NCBI RefSeq assembly: GCF_009834535.1
Contig: NC_045696.1
Coordinates: 68,636,001 to 68,700,000, forward strand
Origin: Camelus ferus
Lineage: Eukaryota
Direction of reading: 5' to 3'
DNA: 64,000 bases
Shown here piece by piece: positions 1-13,536 of the stretch (position 1 is its first letter; each line of letters opens with the position of its first letter). A program made the position numbers and the translations under genes. Under the pieces are notes generated by a model. It saw only the letters and a list, made by a program, of their open reading frames with translations. It was not told the DNA's origin and made no database searches.

Positions 1-544
1 GGCTGATGACCAGCATTAGTGAGGGCTTGGTGTGCAAAGACCACAGGATTAAAACTGAAGTCATTTTATATCAGGAAAGGGCCAGAATCAAGGGAGAGGG
101 GGAAATCTCTTCCTTTGCAAAGAGGTAAATTTTCCTAAAAGGAAGTGGAGCAAAGGTGGAAATTTGGATAGTGACCCTTGAACCAAGAGACATTTGAAAT
201 GAGGGAGGAGGAAACTCTTGAGCTTGAAGATGGAGGATCCCGAGTGACAGTCTGAAAAGTGGCCACAGAGGATCTCTTCACAAGCCTTTACATTTCTTCA
301 TTTTTGAGATCCAAGGCAATGTTCAAGTTTGCTGCAATTATACTTTCTTCCTTTCTGTATGATAATTATCTTCCCAAATTATTGAAACCCTTTATAAAAT
401 AAATTTGTGTATAACCATCTACCCAGCAACACTGGTCTTGAGAAAATGAAGAAACAGAGTGGCAAGAGAGACGAGGAAAGCTCATGTACTCCATCTGGCC
501 TTCCTGCCTTCTGTACTGACCTTCTGTGAGTTCCCGCAGAAAGG

Positions 545-985
545 GTGCGGGTAGACTGAAGAACATGCCACAGCCTATCAAGAGATGAAGTCTGTTTTCC
601 TACCCTGAATCTGGGCTGCCTTTGTGATTTGCTTTGACCAATAGAAATGTGGCAAAAACAATGTGATAATTTCAAGATTAAGCCTTAAAAAAAGTCATGC
701 AACCTCCATTTTCACCCTCTTAGAAGACTGACTAGAGATCACCATTTAAGAACCACGGTTTATTCTAGTGAAGAAAGAGTGGCCACTTAGAGGAGAACTA
801 AGGAGTCCCGGGACACTGACAGCACCAACTGCTAGACATGAGAGTGATGCCAACTTGCCTCTTCCAGCCCAGCCATGAGAGCCCAGGAGGAGCCAGCAGG
901 ACAGTTTCCCAACCAACGCTCAGAATCATAACAAATAATGTTTTGTTCTTGTTTCAAGTCACTGAGCTTTGGGGAGACTTATTAA
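545..985 (+). mobile_element. MaLR LTR (MLT1-like)
   Basis: ccctgaatctgggctgcctttgtgatttgctttgaccaatagaaatgtggc...tgtttcaagtcactgagctttgggg are MLT1 hallmarks. Confidence 0.65.
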
Positions 986-3900
986 ACATTGGCCTATTTA
1001 TTGAAGCATGAGGTCCAGTTGATGCCCGGGGGACTGAAGGGCAACCATAGAGAAGCCATAAAGCAATAAGAGAGCCCCCCAAGTGCTAGGGAGCCCTCCA
1101 GAGAAGGCAGGGCCATGAGCAAAGATAGGGAGGAACCTCTGCTTTCCTGTACAAATGAGAGGATGCTGCTCTCTGAAAGGAGAAAGAAGGTGACTCAGCA
1201 GATGCCTCAGGTCCTAATATAAGAAGGAACTTTCTATCACAGCTGTCTAGGAATGGAATAGACTGCTTTAATGGGTGCTGAGTTCTCCAACATCAGGAGT
1301 ATTCAAGAATGGGCAAGAGGGGTGATTGAAGCGGAGAATTTGAGCACCATGTATTGACTCTGAGGTCACTTCTAAAGCCAGGCATCTTATTAGTTTCTCT
1401 AAATCCTATTCGCGAAGATGGCAGTATATGTATAATTATGTCAATAAATCTGTCACGTTATCTTGAAAAGAGGCTCTGGTTTATCAAAAGCAGCAATAAA
1501 GTGTATGAGCGAGACAATTCCTCTGTGTACATAGCTTACTGATGAATCTGGCCAGGCTGGTCAGAGCACACAGACCGTATCCACATCAGGCATCAGAGGA
1601 CTATGAGAATAGATTACTGGAAAAACATCCGGCTCAAAACTGAGGCCTCTAGGCAGAGATTACATCTGTTTTGAATCTCTTTTTGGGGCCAGGCCCTGTT
1701 GTTACCATTAAGTGAATTTGCAACATGATCATAATAATGGCAGCAGCAATAATAATAACAACTGTAATAAGCACTGCTCCAACTCCCCATTGGCCCCTTG
1801 CTGCCTGCAGTGGATCTGTTGCTGAGATGAGCTGTCTCTCCCCTCCCTTTAGAAAGTTTGTAAATTACCAAGGGGTATGTCTGGCTGTGTAGTAAAGTGC
1901 TACTTCCTTCCAGAAGCAGGTATACTCTCTTGAAACTTACTTGTAAGAAAGGCCCCAGGCTTGATGTATGCTCATTATGTGGCCTTTCCTTAACATTCTA
2001 AGGGGGTAGGGGGGTTAAACCTTGGGACATGCTTGTCAAAGGTTGTGCTGATTTTATTTTTTTAAAGAAATGCAGTGAGCCTCCCAAGACTGAGTTTACT
2101 CATTCTGAATTTCATTATCACCACCCTCATTCAGGTGAAGAAGTCTCTGAAGTAGAAAAAAACTTGGAAAAGAACAATTAGAAATTGAATCAGCAAATGC
2201 TTTAGGGTTTTGCTGCGTATATGAGAACCACATTTCAAGCAAAGAAAAAGGAACACAGCAAACATATTTCCAAAGGAAGGCAATGGGTGCCTGGTCAGAA
2301 GTGTGCACTGAGATTTCCTCAAAGGAATAAAACCTCGGGAGCATGTAAATGTAGGCTCTTCTCTTGGGAAATAAAGCCTGCCCAACCAGAGGGCAGCTAG
2401 TTCTCTCCTTTTTCAATCTGAATTTCATGTGAGAGAAAATCTCTCGACCAGACACATTGCTACCTCACCTTGGCACTTACCTGAGAAAACAGACACTATG
2501 GGAACCATTGACATAGTCTTTGTTTTAGTCCTGCCTCTAGCTCACTGGGTGACGTTCTGCAGGCCACCTTCTCTCTCAGAATTTTGGATTATGTGTCTGG
2601 TGAATGAAAAGTTTCCTTCCAGATTTATGAATTGGTGAACTCTGCACATCACATCCTCTCAACTTCACTGTCTTGCAAAGCATTGTAGGGGACACATACT
2701 AAGTGAATCCAATTTTGTGACTGGTGATGAGCCATTTAGAGGATGAGACTAGACAAGGGAAGCTGCCCCTTTCCACAGAAAACACATGAGGAGTTTAACT
2801 ATGACCTGCTATTTCCCCCTTTAATGTCACTCTTAAAGAATCTTTTCTATTTCACGCTGGAAGCTGGGACATGGAGGAGCTAATGAGAGCATGGCTAAGC
2901 TTTAGCTGTAGAGGACTGTTGGGTTACAAAGGCCCAAGCTTGGGGCATGACATATAATTTAGGGTAGGTCAGAATCAGATGAACCACTCAAGGAAACAGC
3001 TGAGTTGTGTCTAAGAAACTGTGGTTTCACATTTGTGTTCCTGACCCTGGAAGGACTAAAGTGATCGTTCAGGCTCGTCAGAGTCCCAAGCTGTAATGGA
3101 GAATTGGGAAGGCAGGAAGCTGGGAGTTGGGGTTTGGCAAGGAAGGGGGATTATCGTAGTGTCCAGGCTGTTCTAATTAAGAGACAAGCCTAGGAAGTCA
3201 GCCCACAGGGAGAGGCATGTTAGAGATCAACCCAAGTGAGGTGTACCAGCCAGTATGATGACAGTGATGATAAACTGGGTACCTTGAAGACCAGGATTTA
3301 GTTCTAGCTCTGTTGGGCAAATTCATATCTCTGAACCTACTTTCTACATCTGTAAAATTAGAAGCATCCTAATCCTGTTTGTCTTATGGGGTAACGTAAA
3401 GCTTACATGAAAACATGAGTGGGAAAGTATTTTGTCAACTAAAAAATATTATGAAATAATAGTTATGACATGACTATAAAGACTTGTGAAGAAAAGGAAA
3501 AGTGGATTCCTCCCTAGCTTCACTCCTCTAATGACATTTTGAACACAGATAAAACCATTTGCAAAAGAAATCTCAGATTTTCTGAATCCCCCCCATATGT
3601 ACACCTCAAGCACAGTAATCCCCATTCTACAAAAGTAGAATCTTCAAATAAAAACAAAGGACTCCTGATGAAATCACTTAATTAACAATCATAATCTAAA
3701 ATCCTTTACCCTTCATGGTGTATTTGGGCAGGAGGGGTAGGGAATGCATAAAAAGGCTTACTGCCCTCGACAAGGCACAGACTGGGTGAAGCAATTACAG
3801 TCCCTGATGTAGACGCATTTGCCCTAGCTTCAAACCCCTAATCTTCTGTGGAGGAGGGTAAGCAGGGAAGGGGACTGTGTTACTGAGAAGCTCCCACTAA

Positions 3901-4216
3901 AAGGCAGACTTGGGCCATAGCTTTCTAGACCCTCAGTACACCTAATCCTGAGAACCAAAAGAAAAACTCTTTGTTTAATAAGAATTCCTCAATTGTTTAA
4001 TTCATCACCAGTCTTTGAGTATGCACCCTGTTAGCTCTCCTGGGGTGAGAGGATCTTGTAGGGAGAAAGAATTTTTTTCAGCTTTATTGAGGTATAATTG
4101 ACAAAATTGTAATATACTTAAAGTGGACGATCTGATGATTATTTGTTATACATATACCTTGTGAAAGGATTTCCCCACTGAGTTAACACATCCATCACCT
4201 CACATATTTACCTGTA

Positions 4217-4257
4217 TGTGTGTGTGTGTATGTGAGAGAGAGAGAGAGAGAGAGAGA
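4217..4257. repeat. Compound (TG)n(GA)n microsatellite
   Basis: Directly visible. Confidence 0.9.
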
Positions 4258-6084
4258 ACATAGAATACTTCTATTCTCTTAGTAAATTTCAGTTATACAA
4301 TTTCTCATTTCTTGGTTGTATTCTATTTCTATGATTTTTATTTTGGTTATACATCATGTATTTATGCTCATTTACCCAGCAAGTAAATTTTATTGTGTGG
4401 TTGACATTATGAATGCTGTGTTTTTGAAGCATTTTGTCTTCATTCATAAAACAGTTTAGTGCTTTGTTCCAGCAGGCATTTAATTTGCTCATGGATCAAC
4501 ATAGTCCCTTCAAGGTTTGTATAGAAACTTTTGATCTAGTCTAGAATGACTATTACTCTAGGGTTAGGCTAATTCTGTTCCTAAGGTGTTGCCTTTCTAT
4601 GGGTTTTGTTGAATTTCTGGGATATTCAGCAAAGCTTCTCTACTGTGGCCAGTCAAAATTCAAACATCTTCCAACCCTATGCAAACTCTAATATTTAACG
4701 CAGAGTTCCCAATAGTCGTTTTCCTCTGATAGATATTTTCAGTCTAGCTTCATGCAGTTTTTCTCTGCACATACACAGGTTAGTATTCAGCCAAAAACTC
4801 AAGGGGATCCTTAAGCACTTTTAGAGTTTCTTCTGTACATAGCTTTCTTCTCCCTCTTACCCTGTCCCGGAAATTCTATCTGCCTCAGTAACCCCAAATT
4901 CTGACTTCTATCTTTTTAGCTCTGCTAAGTAGCTATGCTCTGTTTTGCCTCCCCTTCTCCGTACTACAGTCTGGAAAGGGCCTTCTAACACAAAGCCATG
5001 TAATCTTGGGGATTATCTTGTTTGTTTTCGATCTCACAGAGATCAGAGTTCTGCACTGCCTTTGATTCAACACCAGAAAACAGTTGTTTTATAAAATTTG
5101 TCTAGGTTTATAGTAATTTACTACAAGAGGGCTGGTGTGATATCTGTTCCTCCATCAGGGTAGGAAGCTGAAGTTCCAACATACAGAATATGTGACTACT
5201 TGGTACCAACTGCTGTGTTAGTCTTCGAGACTTTACAAATAAACAGCACATCCTAGGACTCATTCCCTAGTGAAAAGGATAGACACACAAGTAAATTTGA
5301 TGATGTTGGGGGGTCCTTTAGTAGGGGAATGTACTGAGTGTCATAGAAATTAAGAGGAGGGGACATTTAACTGAAGAAGTCAGGACTTCCTAGAGAAGAC
5401 AGGATGTAAGCAGAAACTCTCTATTTTGCTGGTTAGAGCATAGAAAGACACATGAAGCAAATGAACAAAGGAAAAAGAGTATGTGTATAGTAGGAAGCAT
5501 TAGATGACTGTTTTATAAGTTGTATGAATGTGAAGGAAAACTGTTACTGTGTGAAACGAGAAAAATAAGGTCCAGCTCATGAAAGTCCATGAAAGTCACA
5601 TTAAAGGGATCAACCTATCCTGTACAGGAACTCACATCATCATAATTATTAAAAGCAAGGTCTTTGTGAGACCTTGTCCATAACTTACTAGCTGGGGTTT
5701 TTGGCAGGTTTATTATAAACCTCAGCATTTTTTTCTTTTAATTTAAAACATAGGATGTCAGAACCTGCCTCATTATCCCAATGATGGTTAATTTAGTTAA
5801 GGTCTGTAAAGCACCCAGCTCGGTGTCCAGCATTTACGTGCTCAAAAACGTTAGCTGCTTATATTTTTGTTGTTATTTCTGTAGGCAAGTGGAGCCAGAG
5901 TTGGTTTGTGAGGTGGGTCACTTTATGAATAGGTATGTATTTTTAGAAAAAAAAATGCTGTTGGCTAAATGAGGTACAAGCTACACAAAAAGAATGACTG
6001 GATTAAGACCTGAATGAACAGAATATGGAGTGGGCTGGAAGGTTCATCCTCTGCGGATGGAAACATGGCATGGTCAGGGTCTCA

Positions 6085-6550
6085 AGCTGTGGCCAGCTGC
6101 TTTGACCCCATTGGAATGTGTTGACGCTGTAGCCATTAAGTCTGAGTGGGCTTATTACTAGAGCAGAAATGAGCTATGGGACTTCTGATCCCAGGTCATT
6201 AAAGGCAATACTGGTGATGCCTGATTCTCTTGGGACTCAATCACCATGCCATAAGAAAGCAAAGAGACCACTGCGAGAGGCCACATATAGGTTTTGTGGA
6301 TGACAGCCCCGGGTGAGGTCCCATAGTTACTATCAGCCTCTGGTCATGTGAGTGCCTGAGGCCACCAGTGATTCTGACCTCCCCCGCCCCCCATCTTTAA
6401 GCAGCCTCAGCTCCCCGTGCAGAGCATAGGTGAGCTGCCCTTTCCAATCCCTGCTCAAATGCCAATTTATGAGCTTAACAAACCAATATTATTCTTTTAA
6501 ACTGCTAGATTTGAGGTAGTTTGTTAAGTAGCAGTAGATAACCGCGATAC
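6085..6550 (+). mobile_element. MaLR LTR (MLT1-like)
   Basis: 3' end ttttaaactgctagatttgaggtagtttgttaagtagcagtagataac is typical of MLT1. Confidence 0.6.
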
Positions 6551-9436
6551 GTTTTCATACTTTCCCCTTTAACAGTTACTGAAGGAACAATTACTAGCAT
6601 TTTAAGGTTCTCAATTTTTTAAAAAATTGATTGAATGATGTCCTCATATTCACACAAAAAAATGTGAAGACCCACTGAACTAGGAATTTTAACTGATAAA
6701 GAGAAATTATAGCAGAAGCCATTGTACCCATGATGTTGGTTAGTTTGTTCTAATCAGACTATTTTTTCTCTACCTGTAAGAAACTGAAAAGAGTTTCCTG
6801 AAACTGGATTTTATCTCCCATAGCAATTATTTTGACAATGTATTTTCCTTTTACTCATAACATGTTTATTTTCTACTGAGGCATAATTTGTTTTTTTAAA
6901 ACTAGAAAAGTATGCCTCTCTTGATGTCGACAAAACCAGGTAAGCTTAAGTAATTGAGAAAACAGGCATCTTTGAAAATCATTTCTGCCAATTTGTCTCC
7001 TTTCCTTCCCACACCTCCCCACACACTTCCTCCACACAGCTCCTTTCATGCTCTCTCAAATGTGGTCACAACAGTTGTCAATAACAACCAAAGATTAAGC
7101 TTTGCAGTGAGAAAAACATTGAGAAATTTGGAGCTGGAAATACCTCTAGTGGTTGGTTCCATTCCCTCTGTGGTAGATCATGTGAAGAGAGCACACTGCT
7201 TATAGTTTGAGATGACACAGATCTGCCAACAGCCTGGACAGCGTTTGGTAAGGCTTTACAAATGGGAAAGGACCATGTAAGTTATTGAGAAATCACAGAT
7301 AGATACAGTAAACATCTTTTCCAGCACACAGTCCAATCAATGGTCTGATGAAGAGCAAAGCATTTGAATCAAAAACCTATGATCTGTCTGTTGCTCTGAC
7401 AAAGAAGGATGGGGGGGAATCATTTAACAATAGCTCAATTGTTCTGATCCATTTAGGGAATATCCCACCCCATTCTAACATACGGCATATATCCATCAAA
7501 TTAGCTAGAATTTTTTTTAAAAAATTCTATTCAAGCATGAATACAGTTCCCAGTGAAAACCAGGATTTTTTTTAATCCATTAGTTTTTTTTTCTTATATC
7601 AACTGAATTCTTATATTTGCCTGCCATTTATGCATACTGAATTTATATCTCAGAAATTCTTAATGACTGACCACTGCACAAAGACTTGAAATGTTCCCCT
7701 AAATGGGAGTTAAGATGCTTAATAAGTGTTTGTTGATTGATTATTAAAACTAGGAACTGATAATTTACTGTTATGTTTTAAAACAACTGATAAGACTAGA
7801 TGGCTTAGGACAAGATGGCTTAAGACTTAATCTTTTAAGGAGTCTAAAAATCAATTAAATCTAAGAGGTTCACCCCAGAAAAAGGCACAGGAGCACTGGG
7901 TGTACAATTTTTAATACAATTTCAGAGAATGCATGAACTTCGGGTTAAGAATCACTGCCTAACAATGATATATTATGTATAAGCATGAGATAACTGCTTT
8001 GGAATTGAATCAATCACCATTTATTGTAAGCCTGCCGTATGGCAGACACTGAGTTAGGGCACTCCACTTCTACTTCAGCACAGTCCTGAGAAGTGGACAG
8101 AGACTGCTGTATGTAACAGACCAGAAACTTTCTTTCTTCTCTCATCTCTTCTTGCTTGACAACTATTATTCCAAAAATTGAATGTTCTTCTAGTGAACAC
8201 ATTCTGGGAAATATTTCTGTAGTCAAAATCCTTTAATTTAAAAATAAGAAAACTGAAGCAGAGAGAGAAAGTAAAATGCCTAAAGTCGGAGGTAAGTTGG
8301 TATGGTTTGGGCTTAGACCCAGGTCTGTCTCGCAGGCCTGTGCTCTTTGACTACATCTGTCTACTACAAGATATCCTCAAGGACCCTGGACCTCTATCAG
8401 TCCACACCCTCCTTTCATCTGTCTGGTCCATCATCACATCTACCTCTGCCTCAAAGTGACCTTTCCTCATGTGGACTCCCTTACAGTCCTTCGCTGACAG
8501 CTGGTCAGGTAGGCAGGATGCAACCGTGGTGAGCTCCGAGCTCCTCCACCCCACCCCCGCCCCGCCCCCACCCCCACACTCCCCTAGACAGTGGTGCTCA
8601 CCCTCCCCCACTGCCCTCCTCCTCCAGGTGGTGGCTGTGCCTTCATGGCAGAGTTTGGATTCATCTGAAGCTTTAGGAATGAGTAGTTGAATGACTTCAT
8701 AGGTCTCATTCAGGACAAATAGAAACACTGCAAGTCAGCCTCTAGGATGGAGTCTGTGGGGTAACCCTCATGACCAGGAAGGTCATTCTAAATGACCACA
8801 TACTTTTGCTTAGGCTAGTCAAAACCCAAAGGTGACTTACAAGAGGGAAAATCTGAACTCAGCTCCCTCTGCCGTAACTCAGCTCATTTCCACCATCCAT
8901 CATCCCCTCCCTCCCTTCATTCCTTTCACCTACTGACATTCACTGAGCATCATCACGTGTCCAGCTCTGGGCCAGCCACTATAGATACAGTGGTGAACAA
9001 AGCCCTCAATCCAATCACTGTCCCCAGAAACCAGTGCTCCACGAGGCTTCATTTCCTGGCCTGGGCCTAAGGTCCTTTCACTGCAGGAGAGGGAGGGAGT
9101 GGCTGGTTGTTTCCTGGGTTGAAGCTGTGTCTGAGAGGAAAGTTCAAGGCATAGGGATGACTTGGCAAATGTGACCAAAATGTTTTCTGCAAGCACTATG
9201 TACACACAGAGGAGCACACAACTCATAAGCCTGATGAACGTTCACACTCGTCTTAACCAGCAACCAGATCAAGAAACAGAACCTGACCAGCACCCACAGG
9301 AGTCACTGTTCCAGCCACTTCCCCTCCCCTGCCAACAGTAACCATAATCCTTCCTTTGAACAACGTGAAATGTCATATAAACGGAACCACATGTATTAAA
9401 AAAAAAAAAGATATCCCTAGTGTAATAGATGACAAT

Positions 9437-9905
9437 TTGTTTCGGTCTGGGTTCCCTCGGAAGCTGACCCTCAGACAGAGATATGATAGCAAAGTAGTTT
9501 AATGGGGAGGGGAAAGAAACACCAGGAAATGAAGAAGAAAATGAGCCCAGGCCATCAATATAGGGTGTGTTATCAAGTCAGTTATAACTGTGGGTGACCG
9601 GAGCTTTTTCCTGTTGGGAAGACTCTGGGGATCAACATAGAATACACATCTTGGACCTGTTGCACAAAGGGACTACATAGCTGGGGTATTTATACACCAA
9701 CTCCAGTCAGTTATTGTTTGAAGCTGTTTACAGGGTGGGGAGACACATTCATTCCAGCACTTCCAGCCTCCTTCACTGGGCCAAGAAAGCTTCATTGGCC
9801 AAAGAAGTCTCTTAAACAAAGAAATGCAAGTGCTAACAGTTGCAGTCACTTAGCATATACAGAAGACAAAGAAATATTTTCAGGTTCCTGACAATGTCTG
9901 CTACG
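9437..9905 (-). mobile_element. ERVL LTR (LTR16/LTR33-like)
   Basis: tgtttcggtctgggttccctcggaagctgaccctcagacagag...caaagtagtttaatgggg resembles the reversed LTR16/33-type end. Confidence 0.5.
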
Positions 9906-10270
9906 TGTGTATTCGTATACATGGTCTGATCTGTAAGCTAGTACACGGCTGATTTGTTTGGGAGTTGGGAGTCTTGGCTCCTCATTTCAATATATTTAAG
10001 CTCCTTTTGGTGATCTGGAGCTGAACACCATTTGGAGACTCAGGGAAGTGCTTCTGGAGACAGTAACCAAGATAATGAAAGGTTTGTGAAGCAGGCCAAG
10101 AAGGATAATGGCTCTGAGTTTATTTAGCCTGCAGAAGGGAAAGTTGAAACAGGGCTTAATTTTAATCCACTGAACCCAATCATTTTCCAAATTCTGTTAA
10201 TTCTATGTCCACAGTGACTTTCTTTTTCCTTCAGGCCTTCGCTTAGGCTCTCAATATTTATCACCTAAAC

Positions 10271-10820
10271 CAGTCATTTTCAACACTATTAAATCTAATG
10301 CTTTCCTTCTTAAAAAATTAAAATAAAAAATATTTGTGATGACTCTTTGGTATACAGAAATGAAAATTATAGATAATATAATCTATCAAAATATATCACT
10401 CCACAAACAGCAAAATAATACTCTGAATTTAATACACAGAAATAAAGGAAAGTGGTTTATAACAAAATAGCATATTTCAGTCAACTAGTGTATATGATCA
10501 AGCAGGCAAATGCTTGCCTCTCTTCATACTTTGACTGTCATGGTTATAAATGCAGATGAGAACAGATGTGCTGTATTAGGACTTAAATATCATTAGTAGT
10601 GTGTATGTAAACAGAGTTAAATGCCAGGCTCAGACTATTATAAAAAGGAATATTCAATTTTTATGTGGAATTCACAACAATTTTTAGTTGTTTGCCCTAA
10701 AATGCCTAGTTGTCTATCATTCTTGGCTCCTGTTCTCTAAACACTAATAGCAAATCATAAGAGTCTACAAAATTTCAGAAAATGCCTTAGGATCAGTTTT
10801 ACCCCCACTGAGAACCACTG
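10271..10820. mobile_element. hAT-Charlie-like remnant
   Basis: Ends cagtcattttcaac and gagaaccactg resemble Charlie TIRs. Confidence 0.4.
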
Positions 10821-12981
10821 ACTCATTAAAATAAAATCCCAGTTGTTCCCTCAATCTTTAATGTTTATTCTGTCTCATCTGCCCTCCACACAACCACCAG
10901 AGTCAACTTCCTAGAATGTAGGGCAGACTCTTTTCCTAAACCTTCTGTGATCCCTTCAGTCCAAATTTCTTTTCCATGGTAGGAGACCTAGAGGTTAGTA
11001 TGGCTGGCGAAGGTTTCAGAGAGCTGGAGCCAGAGCAGTCACACATAGCCATGCTCAATTCCAGGGGGTGTTACTTAGACATCTTCTCATAGAGAGAACA
11101 TGTGATGTTTAAAACAAAGAAGTGTTCATAGCCTGGAGTCTGTATATAAAAACTCTCTGTATAAAGCAGGACCAGTGTTCTGTTAGCTGATCTGAAAACC
11201 CTTGATAAGCTCTGGGTTGCAAAGCAAAGAAGTATAGGAAGGCTGTCAAAGCCTTATCCCAGATCTGTTCTCTTCTGGTACTGGTGTCAGCTGGAACTTG
11301 GAAGTTCCTTGTCCATGTGTTTGTGCATATTGTGACCCTCTCTGTGGGTGGTCTCTGGGTCTGGGTCCTAGGAATACAATGGGCTGTGGGCTATTTGTGG
11401 GCCTGGTGTGGTCAGAAGTGGTGGCAGATGGACAGGATACTATGAAGGATGATAAGTGAAAGTGTCAGACCACAAGGCTGACAACTTCTTCCTCCAGCAA
11501 CAGTCCTCCAGGTTCCTTAGAGGTAGGTGGTGCCCAGAAAAGTTAGAGCTTCCAGCACTGGAAGCTATAACTCCTGATTCTTGGCACCTGTCAGCATATG
11601 CCTTTTACCAGTCTGTCAAATGTATTAATCCAAGTGTCCCTGATGGCCAAGGAGAATGAACAAAGATACTCCACACAGGAGTGAGGAATAAGTGTAGGGT
11701 GGAGGGGAGGAGTCAAAAAGGACCTAGAAATTTAGATTAAAGTAACATGCTGCAAACAAAATTTCTTTGAAATCTAATGCTTTATCTTTTAAAATCTATT
11801 ATTATAAAATCTATCTACATTACAGTGTTTATTTTTTATACATATTTAGGTGTGTATATGTGTTTCTGGGTGTGTGCATGTATATGTGTTGGGGGGTGGT
11901 GTACAACTTTAGGCCTGGCTGGGAATGTTAACTCAGGCATCAAGATACCTCTGTCCCTGGTTAGAGTATTTAATCCTGGTCATGGCAGTCGATCAGGGTG
12001 GTGACACACCAAAGTGGTGGTTTATAGCTATGTGCTTCTGCAGGCAGCATATATTCCACTGAGCAGACTTCTCTATGAGCTGCTCCCCTCTCTAGGCTTC
12101 TAGATGAAGGTATCTGCCTACAGCCCATTTCACTTCCAGAACTCCACTGAAACTGCATTCTCAAAGGTTACCATAAACCCTATACCCTAAAATGTTAGTC
12201 TTCATTTTACTTAGCTGAATTTAACACTGCTAACCGTTTCTTGGCTCCTTAGCTAGCATCCTTCAACACCATTCCTGTTTTTCCTCCTTCTTCTCTGGTT
12301 CTTTCTTCTCACTCTTTTCCACTCACCCATTCTCTTCCAGTTGACCTTTAAAACCAACATGCCCAAGATAAAATTCTAGGCATCTTTTCTTTCCCCTCTA
12401 TTTTTTCCTTAATTGCATCCACATACCTGGATTTTATTAACATATATTCACTGATGGCTACACTTTGCCATCTACTGCTAGAGCAAACACCTCTATTTAT
12501 ACAACTTCTCACTTCACATATTTGTTTTGTTTTGTTTTTTTGAAAATTGTAATTCTTTAATATATGAATAACATCCTTTATTATATGAATTTTTTTTATC
12601 ATTGAACAATTTAAATCAGATAAGAAAAGTTTATAAAATTACACAAGGTACTACTTACATTACAGATCTTATCCTTCCAGATATTTCTTTCTCTAAATAC
12701 GCAGGCTGTAAGTGATATTCATGAATATATAAAAATTTGCAACCACATTTGGTAATTGGATACAAAACCTGCTTTTATGGTTGCACAACAATATGAGTAC
12801 TCAATGCCACCAAAGTTTACATTAAAAATGGTCACAATGGTAAATTTTGTTATGTATATTTCACTACAAGAAAAATACATTTTTCTATGAACATATCTTA
12901 ATTCATCACATAACATAATTTTTCCAATTATTCATTATTAATAATGTTGGATAGTAAGTGTGTCATGCTGCCCTATTATGA

Positions 12982-13536
12982 TTTTCTTTTTCTTTTCTTT
13001 TCTTCTTTTTTAACACTTTTTTTATTGCGTTATAGTCATTTTACAATGTTGTGTCAAATTCCAGTGCAGAGCACAATTTTTCAGTTATACATGAACATAC
13101 ATATATTCATTGTCACATTTTTTTTTTTTGCTGTGAGCTACCGTATATCCAAGATCTTGCATATATTTCCCTGTGCTATACAGTATAATCTTGTTTATCT
13201 ATTCTACATATGCTTGTCAGTATCTACAAATTTTGAACTCCCAGTCTATCCCTTCTTCCCCCATTCCCCTTGTCAACCACAAGTTTGTATTCTATATCTA
13301 TAAGTCTGTTTCTCTTTTGTATTTATGTTCTTTTTTTTTTTAAGATTCCACATATGAGTGATCTCATATGGTATTTTCCTTTCTCTTTCTGGCTTACTTC
13401 ACTTAGTGACATTCTCCAGGAACATCCATGTTGCTGCAAATGGCTTTATGTTGTCCTTTTTTATGGCTGAATAGTATTCCATTGTATAAATATACCACAT
13501 TTTCTTTATCCAGTCATCTGTTGATGGATATTTAGG
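12982..13536 (-). mobile_element. Young LINE-1, 3' non-inverted part (ORF2 end, 3'UTR, poly-A tail)
   Basis: T-rich tail at about 12982-13025; minus frame encodes [27 protein letters not shown] (L1 ORF2 C-terminus). Confidence 0.9.
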
